64,000 bases of DNA from Azolla caroliniana (lineage: Eukaryota; Plantae; Polypodiophyta), in the NCBI GenBank assembly GCA_043228905.1, contig JBHGNT010000017.1:17422001-17486000 (forward strand). Direction: 5' to 3'. Of this stretch, positions 23,650-36,411 are shown one piece after another (position 1 is the stretch's first letter; the number at the start of each line of letters is the position of its first letter). The notes under the pieces are model-generated. The model had not been told where the DNA came from. It searched no databases and saw only the letters and a list, made by a program, of their open reading frames with translations. A program made the position numbers and the translations under genes.

Positions 23650-24045
23650 TGTTAACTTGTACAGGTTAAGATATTACACACGCATATGCACACACAATCT
23701 TTGAAAGGGGATATTAAATAAGGTGTCTGTGGATGGTGGCTCCCTTTTCCCATATCCCACATTAAAAGGTTGGGAAGAAAGGGTGGGAGTCTTCTATTAT
23801 AAATTGAACTCCCCTCCCTTAGGTTTATGAATCTCATTCCAAACTCATCTATAGATAATAGTTTGGTCTTGTTTCTTCTTCTTTTATAATATTTCTGAGA
23901 GAAATATTAATCTTGGTAATGTCTGAGGACGTAGGCAAAATTAGTTGAACATTGTTAAATTTCTGGTGTCTTTGTTTCTCACTTTTTTTTTCTTGCGTTT
24001 ATTTAATAGCTTTATTTTGGTTAAATATGTTCTGCTTACGCAACA
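23650..24045 (+). mobile_element. solo LTR-like element (copia-type U5)
   Basis: TGTTA...CAACA termini, a TATA-like CTATTATAAATT, and a U5-like GAGGACGTAGGCAAAATTAGTTGAAC...GGTGTC segment. No matching TSD found. Confidence 0.55.
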
Positions 24046-24310
24046 GTGTCAAAAGTTTATTTGGATAGGATGGGCTAAATTTGCAGTATGTGAACATCCT
24101 TTGAGCAGTAATAAATCATTTATGGAACCGCAACAGTGTCAAAAGTTCATTTGGATAGGATGAGCTAAATTTGCAGTATGTGAACATCCTTTGAGCAGTA
24201 ATAAATCATTTATGGAACCGCAACAGTGTCAAAAATTTATTTGGATAGGATGGGCTAAATTTGCAGTATGTGAACATTCTTTGAACAGTAATAAATCATT
24301 TATGGAACCG
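24039..24310. repeat. 3 x 90-bp tandem repeat abutting the LTR end
   Basis: CGCAACAGTGTCAAAA...TTTATGGAAC at 24039, 24129 and 24219, with few mismatches. Confidence 0.95.
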
Positions 24311-25225
24311 TCTTGCACCCCAGAACTCATAAACTAATGGTTTCATTTGCAAGTATGATCTAATGTCAATCAACAGAGTAGGCATGCTTAGTTCATTGCA
24401 TATACTAATTGGTGGTGGTGGGTGTTAGGTGGCTTAAATATTGGGTGGTGCTTAGGAATAATGCTGCAGTGATAACCACACATCGTGTTCAGAACATTCT
24501 TCTGTCTTTCATAATTCATGTACAAATTATTTCAGGTGATGAGTGGCCGTGTCTGATTTCATTTTCAATATTCTCATTACCCATCTGCATTTTTCTGTTC
24601 TCCGTCAATTTCAACCATCTTCTCTGAAGCCCTTGGTTTTTGGAGATGTGCTTAGCCTTTCAAAGGTTACTAGTACATTTCCCTCAACATAAAATGTAGA
24701 CTACGCATGGGTTATTCTTGAATTTCTGAAAACTTGGGGGTTCTGGTAATCTAGAAAATACTCGAGACTGTGTGCACTAGTGGATATTCTCTCTAATTCT
24801 CTTTTTCAATGTCCTGATTGTGTGGCAGCAGAAAACCATCTCTGAAGAATGAGAATTTTGACAAATAAAATAATGGCTTTTAGTAGTGAATATTTCAAAC
24901 AAACTATGCTCTTCAGGCATATTAAAGGATACAGATTTCGCAGAGGACAGGGAGATGAGTGTTTTGGGCCACTCATTTTTTTATTGTTAGCCTGGATTTA
25001 CAGATTTACTTAAAATATAGGAAAACTGTTATATGCATGCATCTCCCCCCAGATTACAGCTCACCCTCAACTGAATCACTTTGTGAGGCTAGAATCATTA
25101 CAAAATTGTGCCACCCTTAGAAATGCTGATAAAAATAAAGACAATCACCAGATTGACCCTATTGCATGATACATGGAACAAGTATGTCCATGTCATCATT
25201 GAATGATACAAGAGATCATAAAAAT

Positions 25226-28200
25226 CTAGTCCTCACCCCCAGAGTAAATAGCATCATCCGTACTATAATCAGGATATGTCACTCGATATCTTAACGAGCT
25301 TGATGACCGTGGAATGCGTCGACTTTTTGAGGAAATGCTTCTGTGAGGATTATGAACCTTCTTTTGCATCAACTGATCAAATCGAAACACTTCCTGTTTT
25401 TGAATAGCTGCAAGCTCTCGTATCACATTTTTGTGCCTCTGTGAGTCATCAATCATATAATGAGTGTTACATTTATATTAGGGAAAACTCCCACATGCCC
25501 CACATTTCTTTATTTTTCGAGTGAACCTTACTTATTTTGTATCACCTAATGCCCTTCATCAACCCCTAAACTTCTCAAATAGCACATACAAATGATGAGT
25601 TCGGGGTAGAAGGGAATATGGAGAGGATGAAAACTTAGGAGCATTTGAGGATATAAAGAAAAACTTGGCTGTATTTTGAAGTGTTTTTCATTTCCTAGTA
25701 GTTAATTTTGGTGTGTTCTTGCCCCACAATGAGATTGCCCATTTCATAATATAATGTATTATTACCAGGAAAAAGATAAAAGGCATGCCTGGTGAATGCT
25801 GTGGAGATCCATTTTCCTACTTTTTGCAATGTCATCACGGGATCTTGCTGTCTTCTGCAGAAAATTGTTCATCTCATTTTGATGCTTTAAACGCATGGCA
25901 TGGTCTTTGCTGACAAATTCTGCATTATACGATGCTACTGCTGCCTGCAGCTCAGCTTGTTCCATTCTATCAGCATTCAGTTTTATTTCTTGGGCTTCCA
26001 AATATTTACCCTGTTTCCCAAGGCATGCCTGCCAAAACAAAAGAAACACAAAGTTCAAATAAATATGGCTAGGTTGCGCTAACTATTGAGTATCAATATT
26101 ACCTTTCTGAAATAACCATGAAAAAATTCTAAATCTTTGGTTGACTCTTTTCTATTACTTTTACACTTTTATGCAGATTGTTAAAACCTATAATCTGATC
26201 ATACCCACTGAACAAATCTATGGATTTTTATGTCATTTTTTAAAGGTTCATCAAGGGTGCTTATAGAGGTAGAAAGTTTTTACAAATTTGACTTAATGAT
26301 CCTATTGAAAAACATTTCTTCTTTCTTTTCAATGCTTAATTAAATATTTTTGTTCTTTATGCAGATCTTTCCATAGATAAACATCATTTCCTTTCCTATA
26401 CAAAAATGAGACCAAGCTACCTGTATCCGTCTTTGTATTAAAAGTTCGGTAGACCACTGTGCCTTTACACGAGTTTTCGAAGCCCAACTTTCCTTCAAAT
26501 GTTGAAGTTCTGTAATGTGCTTCTGCTTTACACGTTGAGCTTGGTCCACAATCTCCTTTTGAAAACTCTTTAATCGCTCATCCCATAACTGCATGCCAAT
26601 TACCTCATATTCTAGTAAGTACACAAGAACATTACAACAAAGAAATTTTAATAATGATATTCTACATTAACTTATCACAATCTAGTTATAGATCATGCAT
26701 AACAATCGGCAATGGTTCGGTTTGAACTGAACCGAACCGTGAAACCGCAACTAAATGGTTTAAATGGTTCGGTCTGATTCAATTCAAGTTTTAAAAACGG
26801 TTTGGTTTCGGTTTGGTTTAGTGGGTGCAAACAGTTCAGTTCGGTTTGGTTAAAACGGTTTCATGGTTTTAAATTTTTTAAATTTTTTTTAAACAACTTT
26901 TTCATTTTAAAGCCTAATTCTCACATTTTAGGAAAAATCTTTAAAATTTCAAAAAATTAAAATTTTAAAATTTAAAATTTGAATTTTGACCTAAGTTGAA
27001 AACTGGAACTGAACCACGAAACCGTGGTTTTAGCGGCTTAATGGTTTAACGTTTTCGTGGTTCGGTTTGGTTCGGTTCAAGTTTCAAAAATATTTAACGG
27101 TTCGGTTTGGACACTCTCGAACTGAACCATTGCCGATTTTAATCATGAGCTTTATATGGAGAGTAACGGAGTGTGTTGCATTCTATCTTCCAAACCAGTT
27201 TTCTATATCTTGCATCCAACTGGAACACAACATTTTGCTTTTAAGTCTCTTTTCGGCCTTTTGCTTGCATCCTAAGCAATGCTAGGAAGTCAATGTGAGG
27301 AACTTTTTTGAACCTTAAGCATGTATTCAACAACCCATTCCATGGCTACATATCAATGGGAAGTGGTTCCGTCTCAAGAAGTAGGAGGGTATATGGATGT
27401 AGAGAAAGGAGAGAAATCAAATTAGAATTTTTATTTTTATCATATGAGGCCAATTTCGACCTATGAGACCAAATCAACAAATCATCTTGTATGTGACACT
27501 TTCCACACAGAGAGAGAGAGATGTTAATGACTTTCCAGAGGCCAACATGGCCTATAAGATCAAACAAGAGATTACAAACCAAAATAAATGTTACCAAGTT
27601 GTCTTGATGACATAAGTGCCAACCGTGAGTACCTTCCTTTAGGGAGCACCCAAAGACGTTGGATACACATCACTGATCGGAATAATGCCTCGGTGATTAT
27701 AAGGGCTGCTCCCATCTCTGCTCGATTATATCATGGGGCACTGATGCTTTACTCCTAATCATGTGGGCAATCATTGACACAAAAGGTCTCTCTAAATCTT
27801 TCCAGTAATTTGCCTTGTTAAGCTCGGTCCCCATGTTTCTACTCCATAGAGATGAGTTAGTGTCACAAGTGTGTCAAATAGCCACAATTTAGTTTGTGGC
27901 TCTTGGAACTGCAAATGTGCACATTGTCTAGAGACCACCAGGGGTTGCATATCCACAAGAAAGTCGGGCACAAGCAGCCTCTTGTAACTAGAACCTAGGC
28001 CCTATAAATGTTGCCCCTAGGTATGTGTAGGAGCATGTATATTGTACATTTTCCTCCCCCATGAACAATTCTGGTTCTGATCTTGTTACCCATGCTTTGG
28101 AGGCTAAACTCTAACTAAGGGACACTACACTGCCCATTATATATTCCGCTTCAAATACCAAACAACATAACAAAGGGGACGGGCACATATTCCGCTTCAA

Positions 28201-30712
28201 GCCTATTTGGAGGGGCATTACTATGTATATATGGAACCATTAACACATGGATACAAGATAAGCGAAAAGTAATCAGAACTGCCCAAATGATAACAGTTTA
28301 TATAAACTTATGAAAAGTTTAGTTCAACAAATGCCTACTAATGCAAAATCATGATCCGTAAATTTTAAGTCTTCTATTTGACATAATCAGAGAGCCGATA
28401 AATTCATACAAATGCCATTACCTTAGTCCTTTCTTGGAGTTCTTCTTTGTATGCTTTTTCTGCTTGCTCCCGTTCTTGAGCATGTCTTTCCATCATGGTT
28501 GCCCTTCTCTTGTTAGCTTCAAACAGCTGAAACCCATGAAATCATGCATTATTATGAAGAAAAATGGAGAATAATCCCCTCTGCAATAACCATTTCTAAA
28601 CCCTTTATGTGGGGGCAGGGGTGATTGACACTTCCTATCAAATTCTTGATCATTTGATATTGAAGGAAATGCAAGTGAATGTGTACATATATACTCTAAT
28701 CGTTACGGGTGTGCAACAAACGCATACCTTCAACTCAAGAAGACGTTGTGCTGCCGCATCTGCAGCCAGATAGTTGCCTTTCTTTGCAGATGTTCGTCGA
28801 TGATTGTCGATCTCCTTCATCATTTCATAAACCTGTGTTATAGATGAATTAAAGTCAGCATTACCAACCTGTCAGTTGACAAAAATTTCCCAATTTGCAC
28901 TACTAAAATTCCATCGTAGATAATGTAACCGTATAATCATAAAATATGATGTCTTACATGAATTATTTTATTGATTAGGAAAAGATGATGAAACCTCTAA
29001 ATAAATCTTAAATTGGATGCATGTCAGATGATGAAAAGACAGACAAATGGGAATCTATTTCAGAAAAGGCAAGTTTCTACAAAGGTTAGCATATAGAATC
29101 ATGCAAACATGCATGTACATAAATGGATTCATAGGACCAGAATATTCAGTGATTCATAAAAATGTAAGAGGTGGATGTCTCGTCACACAAGACAGAATAT
29201 AATCCCCTAATAATATCATAAACAAGTTTGCTAATGTTTTTAATGGTTTCATGATGAGTGTTACACGTTGGAGATGAAGACAAATGTTATTGTGCTCACG
29301 ACGCCAAACACAAATCCAAAATGACCAACTTTTCATAGACAACACTAAAGTCTAAGGACTAACTCAGACAATACACTATTGTGTACTGAAGAACAATAGA
29401 AAACTAGATATTGCACTCAGTTTTGTTATCTTCTCATATTTAATGATAGTACAAGTTACACTCAGATGCATGGATCAATCAAACTACAATTCATTAAATA
29501 TCTTCCATGATCTTTTGTTATATAGGCCCAAAAATAGGTTGCATATCTCCGGCTCAAGTTTGGGCCATCAAAAGGCCTGCTGTCATTGCTTATTTGTCGT
29601 ACTGCTAAAAAAACACCTCACATTGTAGGCATGTCAATGGCACACTTTAAATAAGTTGTAAACAAAAAACTATATTAAGTATCACAACAGCGGCTGGGTT
29701 TCAAATTCTTTTGACAGTATCTTGTAAGAACCAGAATACTCTAGGCTTACACATTTCAGGTATATGTGTACAAGAGAGTGAGTGAATGAATGAGAAAGAA
29801 ACAGAATGATGTCAAAGATGAAAAATAATAATTTAAAAGACAAATACATACACAATGATTCATCTCAAGAAGCATAACTTTTTATCAATTACCAAGAACT
29901 GCCAATAGGTCTTCTGACAAACTACAGCTAATGGAAACTCTATAAATGTTCTATCATCTACGCATGATATAATTGAGAACTTCCATATATGATTGACTTA
30001 AGACATCCATGTGTCATGTACCTGATCTCATGATAAATTCGGCAAATTATCTCTCAAAAGGTATTTTAATTAGCGTCCAGAAACAATGAATTAAGCATTA
30101 CAATTATAACAGCTCTAGCATCAATGATCCCCCAAATACTTTGGATAGTTTACCTACCTGTGGCTCCAACTCTGGATAAACATCTTCTGGGTGTGTTCTT
30201 CGGGTTGGGCTTCTTTGATATCCCTTCCCTGTGTTAGGTGAAATGCTCTTTGCCCTTGCCTCGGCACATCTAGCAGGAGAAAACCTAGAAAACAATCTCC
30301 CATTATTAAAAAGTAGCAAATTGTTTGAATACAGAATGAGCTGTTATTTATTACCTATTAAAAACAGCTAATGTAAGAAAGAGCCCAAATATCTCAGCAT
30401 AATATAGCACAAAGCATATCGCTAGTTCACATTTCAGCATGTATTCTACACAAAATTTTGAGTTTCATGGATGTAAATTGCTTCTGTAAGGAAACTATGC
30501 TCCTAGAGGTACCTTGGATTAAAAACGGGGGGATATCTTGCTTCTTTTCGTTCAATTTGCATACCAAGATCGTGAAGTAAATGCCATCTCACTATATCTC
30601 CTGGTTTATAATCTACATCTATCCTTTGTAATAATTCAACAAGATCACGAGGTGGGGGAACCATAAACCTGGCTGACTCCAGAATCTCTGGAAGCTTTCC
30701 ATCACAAACCAT
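25226..30712 (-). CDS. multi-exon coiled-coil protein of unknown function (C-terminal 7 exons)
   Basis: Phase-consistent exons: ?-30513, 30284-30158, 28832-28728, 28526-28422, 26588-26421, 26028-25789, 25438-25226. They give ...VYEMMKEIDNHRRTSAKKGNYLAADAAAQRLLELK|LFEANKRRATMMERHAQEREQAEKAYKEELQERTK|LWDERLKSFQ...WSTELLIQRRIQ|ACLGKQGKYLEAQEIKLNADRME...DLHSIHQ|RHKNVIRELAAIQKQE...*. The 5' boundary of the 30513 exon is uncertain. Confidence 0.85.
26700..27141. mobile_element. non-autonomous hAT-type MITE, copy A (intronic)
   Basis: TIRs TAACAATCGGCAATGGTTC / GAACCATTGCCGATTTTA, many subterminal AACCG/CGGTT motifs, AT-rich core, imperfect 8-bp TSD ATCATGCA/ATCATGAG. Confidence 0.8.
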
Positions 30713-32698
30713 TTATTGCTGACATGTATTAGGTTTCTTTATTTTTTCATGAAGAGGTGTTACTAATATTATAATCACACTTTTACCTAGTTATGTGAAT
30801 AGCTTAGCAATTTTTACATAGTTACGCTTCAAGCTAAGGAAAAGACAAAATTACTCAAATTTTCAGTAAGGCTGGTTTCATAAAAATCTGAATGTAGCAC
30901 ACATTTAAGTTCCTTACCACTCAAGGAAAATGTGTACAAGTTTATTTCACATAATGATTGTGATTCATAAAACACCTTACATTGAGAATCACTCATGTTT
31001 AACAATATCTTTTACTACTATATCCGCTTCAGTCTACATCCTCCTCCTTGCATCATCATTATAAGGTCATAAATGGCAATGGCTTCATTGATCCCTTCTC
31101 AGAATTCTATGAACAAATGCATTTTTGTGCATCATAATTGCAATTCATGAAACATTATAAACTGAGAAACATGATGCGTACTTATGTGTACCAATACTTC
31201 TTCTATTGCAGGTCACATGGATTTCAAAGGAAAATAACTACATCCTTATCATTGCATCACTAGATGATCATAAATGGCATTCGCTTCACCAATCACTTCT
31301 CCAACCCTGATGAGATAGTCTTATTATTTGTTGCTGAGGCACTAATCATACTTGTTACCAGGCCTCCCACATTACATCCATCTACTTGCAAGGAAAATAA
31401 CATTCTCCATTTAGGGTGTCTGTATAGTGTACCAAGATAATTGGTATTTTATGGATTCTGGCTTCCAGAAAGAATTTCAGTAGAGTTCGCAAACTACAGT
31501 CTTCACTAAATAAAGAGTTCAATGTGATCAAAAGATATCCCAGTTAAAGGGAAATTTGCATCGTGTCAGTATATGGTCCAGTTATGTCACTCTAAACTCC
31601 ATTTGATCAAATGCTAGATCCCTCATAAATTGAATAAATATATATATATATCCCTACCCTAAATTACACTACCATAGACAGAATATGGAAAGCATGATAA
31701 GAAAACTACCTGTGCAGCAACCTTGATCAGTAGGTGGATAATTACATCAATCACTTCATGGTAGAAAATTTCATATGGATGGGAAACAATAGTCCATCAT
31801 ATGTCCTCAAAGCCATGGTCAAACATTTAAGCTTGGGGTTCATAGCCTCTCAATCCAAGAAAACAAACATGAGCAATCAAGACCTAATCCCTGGAAGAAG
31901 CATGCAGGATATTTGACAAGACAAACAGTTACGATTGATCACAAGTCACATCCCTTCAAAGGTTCATCCCAGTGTTCCACAGCACTAAAATCAAAACCAC
32001 ATCACATCATAAGTTCATATCCAGCCTAGGCTATTGTGCATAATCATAAATATGTGTAACTATAGCCAAAGAGGATGGACTGCATTTTTGCAGATATCAT
32101 TGACGATCATTCACCTTGTACGCATTGAAACATGCTAACAAGCCATGACATTAAACAAACAGTTTATAGGACTGGTTTTTCTAATATAAGTAAGTATCCC
32201 TAATGCATTTCGGTTCTGTCAAGTTTTCTGGAGGTTTTTTCGAAAAGTGAATATTGCTGGATGAAAACTCGATAATATTAGCCTTGCACTCTAAAAGAGG
32301 AGTTTTCTCATCCCCATCTTCCACAACTAGAAGCACTAGAATCCAAACTATATCAAATCATAAGCTGATAACCAACCTAAACTATTAAACACAATCATAA
32401 AAGGCATGTTGCTAAAGTAGCTACAGATCAGTACAGACATCCACTGCATTGCTGCAGATGTCATTAATGATCATTCATCATGTGAGCATTGAATTATGAT
32501 TGCACGCCATAATGTTAAACCAACCATTTTAGGTAGGGATTTTCTGAGTTGAATAGGTATGTCAATACATTTTAAATTTGTCAAGTACTTTGGGTTTTTT
32601 TCTCAAACCTCATTACTGCTGGCTTAAATATTCCTAGTCAGTATGTGATCATAAAATATGGTCCTAAATCATAAAGAATAGAACTCCAAAAGGCCTAC

Positions 32699-33862
32699 CA
32701 GAGATAAAGAGACTCCTTCCTTTCCATCTTTGCTTTCTTTGAAGTTATTGTATGTGGCCTTCAATGTAGCCATATGGTCAAACTTAGAGGGTGCAATTGA
32801 AGCTGTAACACAAAATGCCCACGACGACAAAGGAGTTTCGAGACTCCCATCTGTAGAGCTTTGACATATATCTCTAGTTGAGGTTGCTTTAGAACCATCC
32901 CTTGCATATTTTGTGTTACTAGATGCACGCATACGTTGTGTCGGAGCATCAATATCTGGGCTGCCACTTCTATAGCTTAATTGCAGAATTCTTTCTCTGG
33001 AGGAATTTTCATCTGAGAGAGCCCTCTTTAAGTCAGATTCATTGTCAAGGGTAGAGAGATTTCCACCATGTTTACCATTGTGTCCATGCTTTTCAGGGCT
33101 TCTTGATGAATCGTTTCTTTCACGAGGAGAACCTACTTGTTCAACGTCATGTGAATGGTTTTCATGCCTTTTCGATGTCACACTGCTTTCGTAAGATGAG
33201 CCTGTCTTTTCCTCCTCATGAATACAATTTTCTTGCCTTGTCATAGATGTCTCTTTGGTTTTAGCAGAAGCACTTCCATGTTCATCATCATGTTTATGTT
33301 TTCCATGCCTTGTAGAAGTATCCCTGGTTGCATGAGAGGCAGAAATAGCTTCATCTTTGGGTTTCTTTGAGCTATCTCTGAGTTCAGAAGCTTGTACTCC
33401 ATCATGTGAATTGGCCCCCTGTGAAATCACAGATCGATTTCAGCATGAGGCTATCTACAATGCATTTCATAATATACAGATGACTAGTGTCATCATAATT
33501 TTAGGATGCAATTACAGAGACAAATTTTTGAGGCACTCATGTTTGTTTGAATAATTCGGAGAAAATTGTTTTCGGTTAACCAGATGTTGCTGTTTCTATT
33601 ACATTCAGGATACATTCTACATATGTCCACTATGTACTAATGTTATATCCATAATTTAACCCATGGTACACACATGATGCATGCGGATCATATCCATGAT
33701 ACATTCATTATATACTCATCATGCATTCATGAATGCCAACTGCATCCACATCAGATGCATCGTTTCTTGAATTTAGTCGGGAAAGAAATGATTCTTGAAT
33801 CCACTTACATGATGCTGTTGTTTAGCAACTCCTCCAGCAACGTCACCATGTTTCTTTTCCAT
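32699..33862 (-). CDS. probable N-terminal exons (low-complexity, S/H/E/K-rich) of the coiled-coil gene
   Basis: Exon 33862-33809 (MEKKHGDVAGGVAKQQHH|GTAAGT) splices in phase 0 to exon 33418-32699 (240 codons, GANSHDG...KEGVSLSL|GTAGG). The link to the 30.5-kb exon is not resolved. Confidence 0.6.
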
Positions 33863-34302
33863 GAAAGAAATGATGGTCTACTGTATACACGGGCCCTTCT
33901 GGAGTGTCAGGGTGGAAGGGGTGGTAATAGAAAATTACGTCAGACTCAGAACTTGAAATGGGTGTGCAGAAGAAGAGAACAAATAAACAAAAAAAACAAG
34001 AAGAAGAAGAGAGAAGCCTATTCTACACAAGATTTCATCAAAAGGAAAAGGTTCGGATTAAGATGAATAAGGAAGCAGAATAATGTACCCTCACAAGCCA
34101 CAGTGTCGTTGATGCTTCTGCATCTGCTTCTGCATCCATGCCTGGCGCAGAAGAGAAGGAGGAGGGGAGCAAGAGATGGATGAAGAGGAGGAACAGAGGA
34201 AAGCCATGAAAACGCCCAACTGAAACCCCTTGTGACCCAAAAACTTTGCACTAATTGCAAAAATAGCCCTTCCTTTTCTCAGTATTCTATTTCAATGCTT
34301 TT

Positions 34303-34626
34303 GTTAGTCGATCGGTCGATCAATTGACCAATCAGTTAGTCGATCGATCAATTAACCCGACACTCAGCCTATCTGTCGATCGATCAATTGACCAATCAGT
34401 CAGCCGATCGGTCGATGGATCAATTGACCAAGAAGTCAGTCGATCGATCGATCAGTTGACCAGTCAGTTGGTTGATCGATGGATCAATTGACCAAGAAGT
34501 CGGTCGATCGATTGATCGATCAATTGACCAATCAGTCAACCGATCGGTCGATGGATCAATTGACCAAGAAGTCGATTGATCGATCGATCGATTAGTTGGT
34601 CAATCGATTGATCCATCAATTGGTTG
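34303..34626. repeat. GATC/TCGA-rich degenerate minisatellite (GATCGATCAATTGACCAATCAGT-like units)
   Basis: Directly visible. Units are built from short palindromes, and the last unit is inverted. Confidence 0.85.
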
Positions 34627-35499
34627 GAGGGCCACCCATTTAGACAATTATGTAATACTAGTTCAATCAATCTGTTGGTCTTGTTGGCAAGTCACCCACA
34701 TAGACAACTCTATCATACCAAGTCAACCAATTATTTCATTGATTGTTAGACAATTGATCAATTGGTTGGTTGGTTGGTTGGTTGGATTAGCAAGCCATCG
34801 ACAAAAGACAACTCTATAGTACTAGAAAACATCACCTCCACAATGCCATATGTCAGTATGGATTTGTCTGTCATCACTATATGTGCGTATGTGTGTACTT
34901 CAATATAGCTTGACCAGGAAAAACTTGATGTTTAGTTGAACTTGAAAGGAGTTTCTCCTACCAATTGTTGACTCGATTTGACGTGTGAAAGGATGGGTCT
35001 TTCGAAGTGCAAACATTTGTGATCTCACTGTCATGCTCCCTTAACTTGCTATCTATCACGTGTGCATTTTCTTGAACACTACAATAAGCAATATATGCAC
35101 CATTGTGGCAAGCTGTAAATTGCAAGCAACAAAGCCACCAATAGATAGAACATTTAAAAGCCACTCTCAACATAATAGAGCTGCATCAAAATGAACATCC
35201 TTCAAACTCACTGTTATCACCATGACTTATTAATGCAAATAAGAAGTGTTGTTTTTCTTTTTAAAATTGAAGGCTATGTTTGCAATTAGAGTGGATGATG
35301 AAATTGCCATTCATTTTGGGCTTAATGAAACATGCAATGTAGCGTCAATCTCAATATGGTATATGGTTGAAGGATGTAAGTGTTTTTTTTATGAAATCCC
35401 ATTCCATTTCTCAAAGATGGGCCTATAAGCTACTCCTAGTATGGGGTTCCCATAAAAGTAGTGTAAGTTTTTTCTAATATAAGTATCTCTCTTTCCTTG

Positions 35500-36310
35500 T
35501 AAAAGTAGCGTTGAATTAAACGCCAATACAAGAAACCCTTATTGTCTCCCCCACAATAACAAAGATCTTATGGCAACATAAACCCTCAAAGATGTTGCAA
35601 GACTAGAGGAAGTACTTAGGGTTCTTAATTCTTGTTCTTCATGTTCTCAAGCATACCTTCAGACTAATTCGCTAGTGAGCACCGTTACACGTCGGTGGAT
35701 TTAAAGAAGGGGTTCGACAAACTCGCACGCCGATCATTGAAAAGGAGGACGAAGTGGCCTGAGTATACTACTCCGATTTGAGGCATTGAAGCTATTGGAG
35801 GTTGTCACAGTCTTGGCGGCCCACTTGACTCACACCTTCATTAGAAACTCATTTGGCTCCCAAACTTTCATTTCCATTTAAACTTATTAATTAATGGTTA
35901 TTTGCCAATCATCCATTGTATCACTTCTCGTTACCACCACTATACCTATTCACTATGAACATTTTGTAACCCTATTTATATTGGGTTTTTCTTTCTTAAT
36001 CTAGCATTTTTCGACCTACAAAGTGGCCCCTTTCTAGCTTAATACTGTGAAAATCCTATGTAATCTCGTGTCTCTTGTGCTAATCACGTATTTTGGTCTT
36101 AACCTCACGTGTTAATCGTTGTTCGACTCGTCACTCCCTTCGACTCCGAGGAGCCATCGACTCTAGGTAGCTGTCAACTCTGAAGAGCCTTTAACTCCCA
36201 GGAGCTTTCAACTCACCTAACACTCACACCATTGTAGTCCTTGTATTCTCCCTAGTCTAAGACCATTGTGGTCCCACTCGAGTAGCACACGTGCGCACGT
36301 TTACGTGACA
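35500..36310 (-). mobile_element. possible LTR relic
   Basis: Minus-strand TATA (plus-strand CCTATTTATA at about 35970), internal 18-bp CGACTCC.AGGAGC repeats at about 36140-36215, and a plus-strand end in ...GTGACA. The left boundary is approximate. Confidence 0.35.
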
Positions 36311-36411
36311 CCACCATACATTGGGATCAAATTTCACTAGTGTAACCAAATTACTCGAACATGACCAATTTATTTATTTGAGGATATGTGAGACATGCCA
36401 AGGCTTCACGG

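Noticed and set aside
31710-31850. Candidate linking exon of the coiled-coil gene
   Set aside because: A donor-like site exists, but I found no acceptor and frame combination free of stops.
32079-32625. Old duplication of about 200 bp (32079-32280 vs 32443-32625)
   Set aside because: Diverged intronic duplication with no coding or structural signal.
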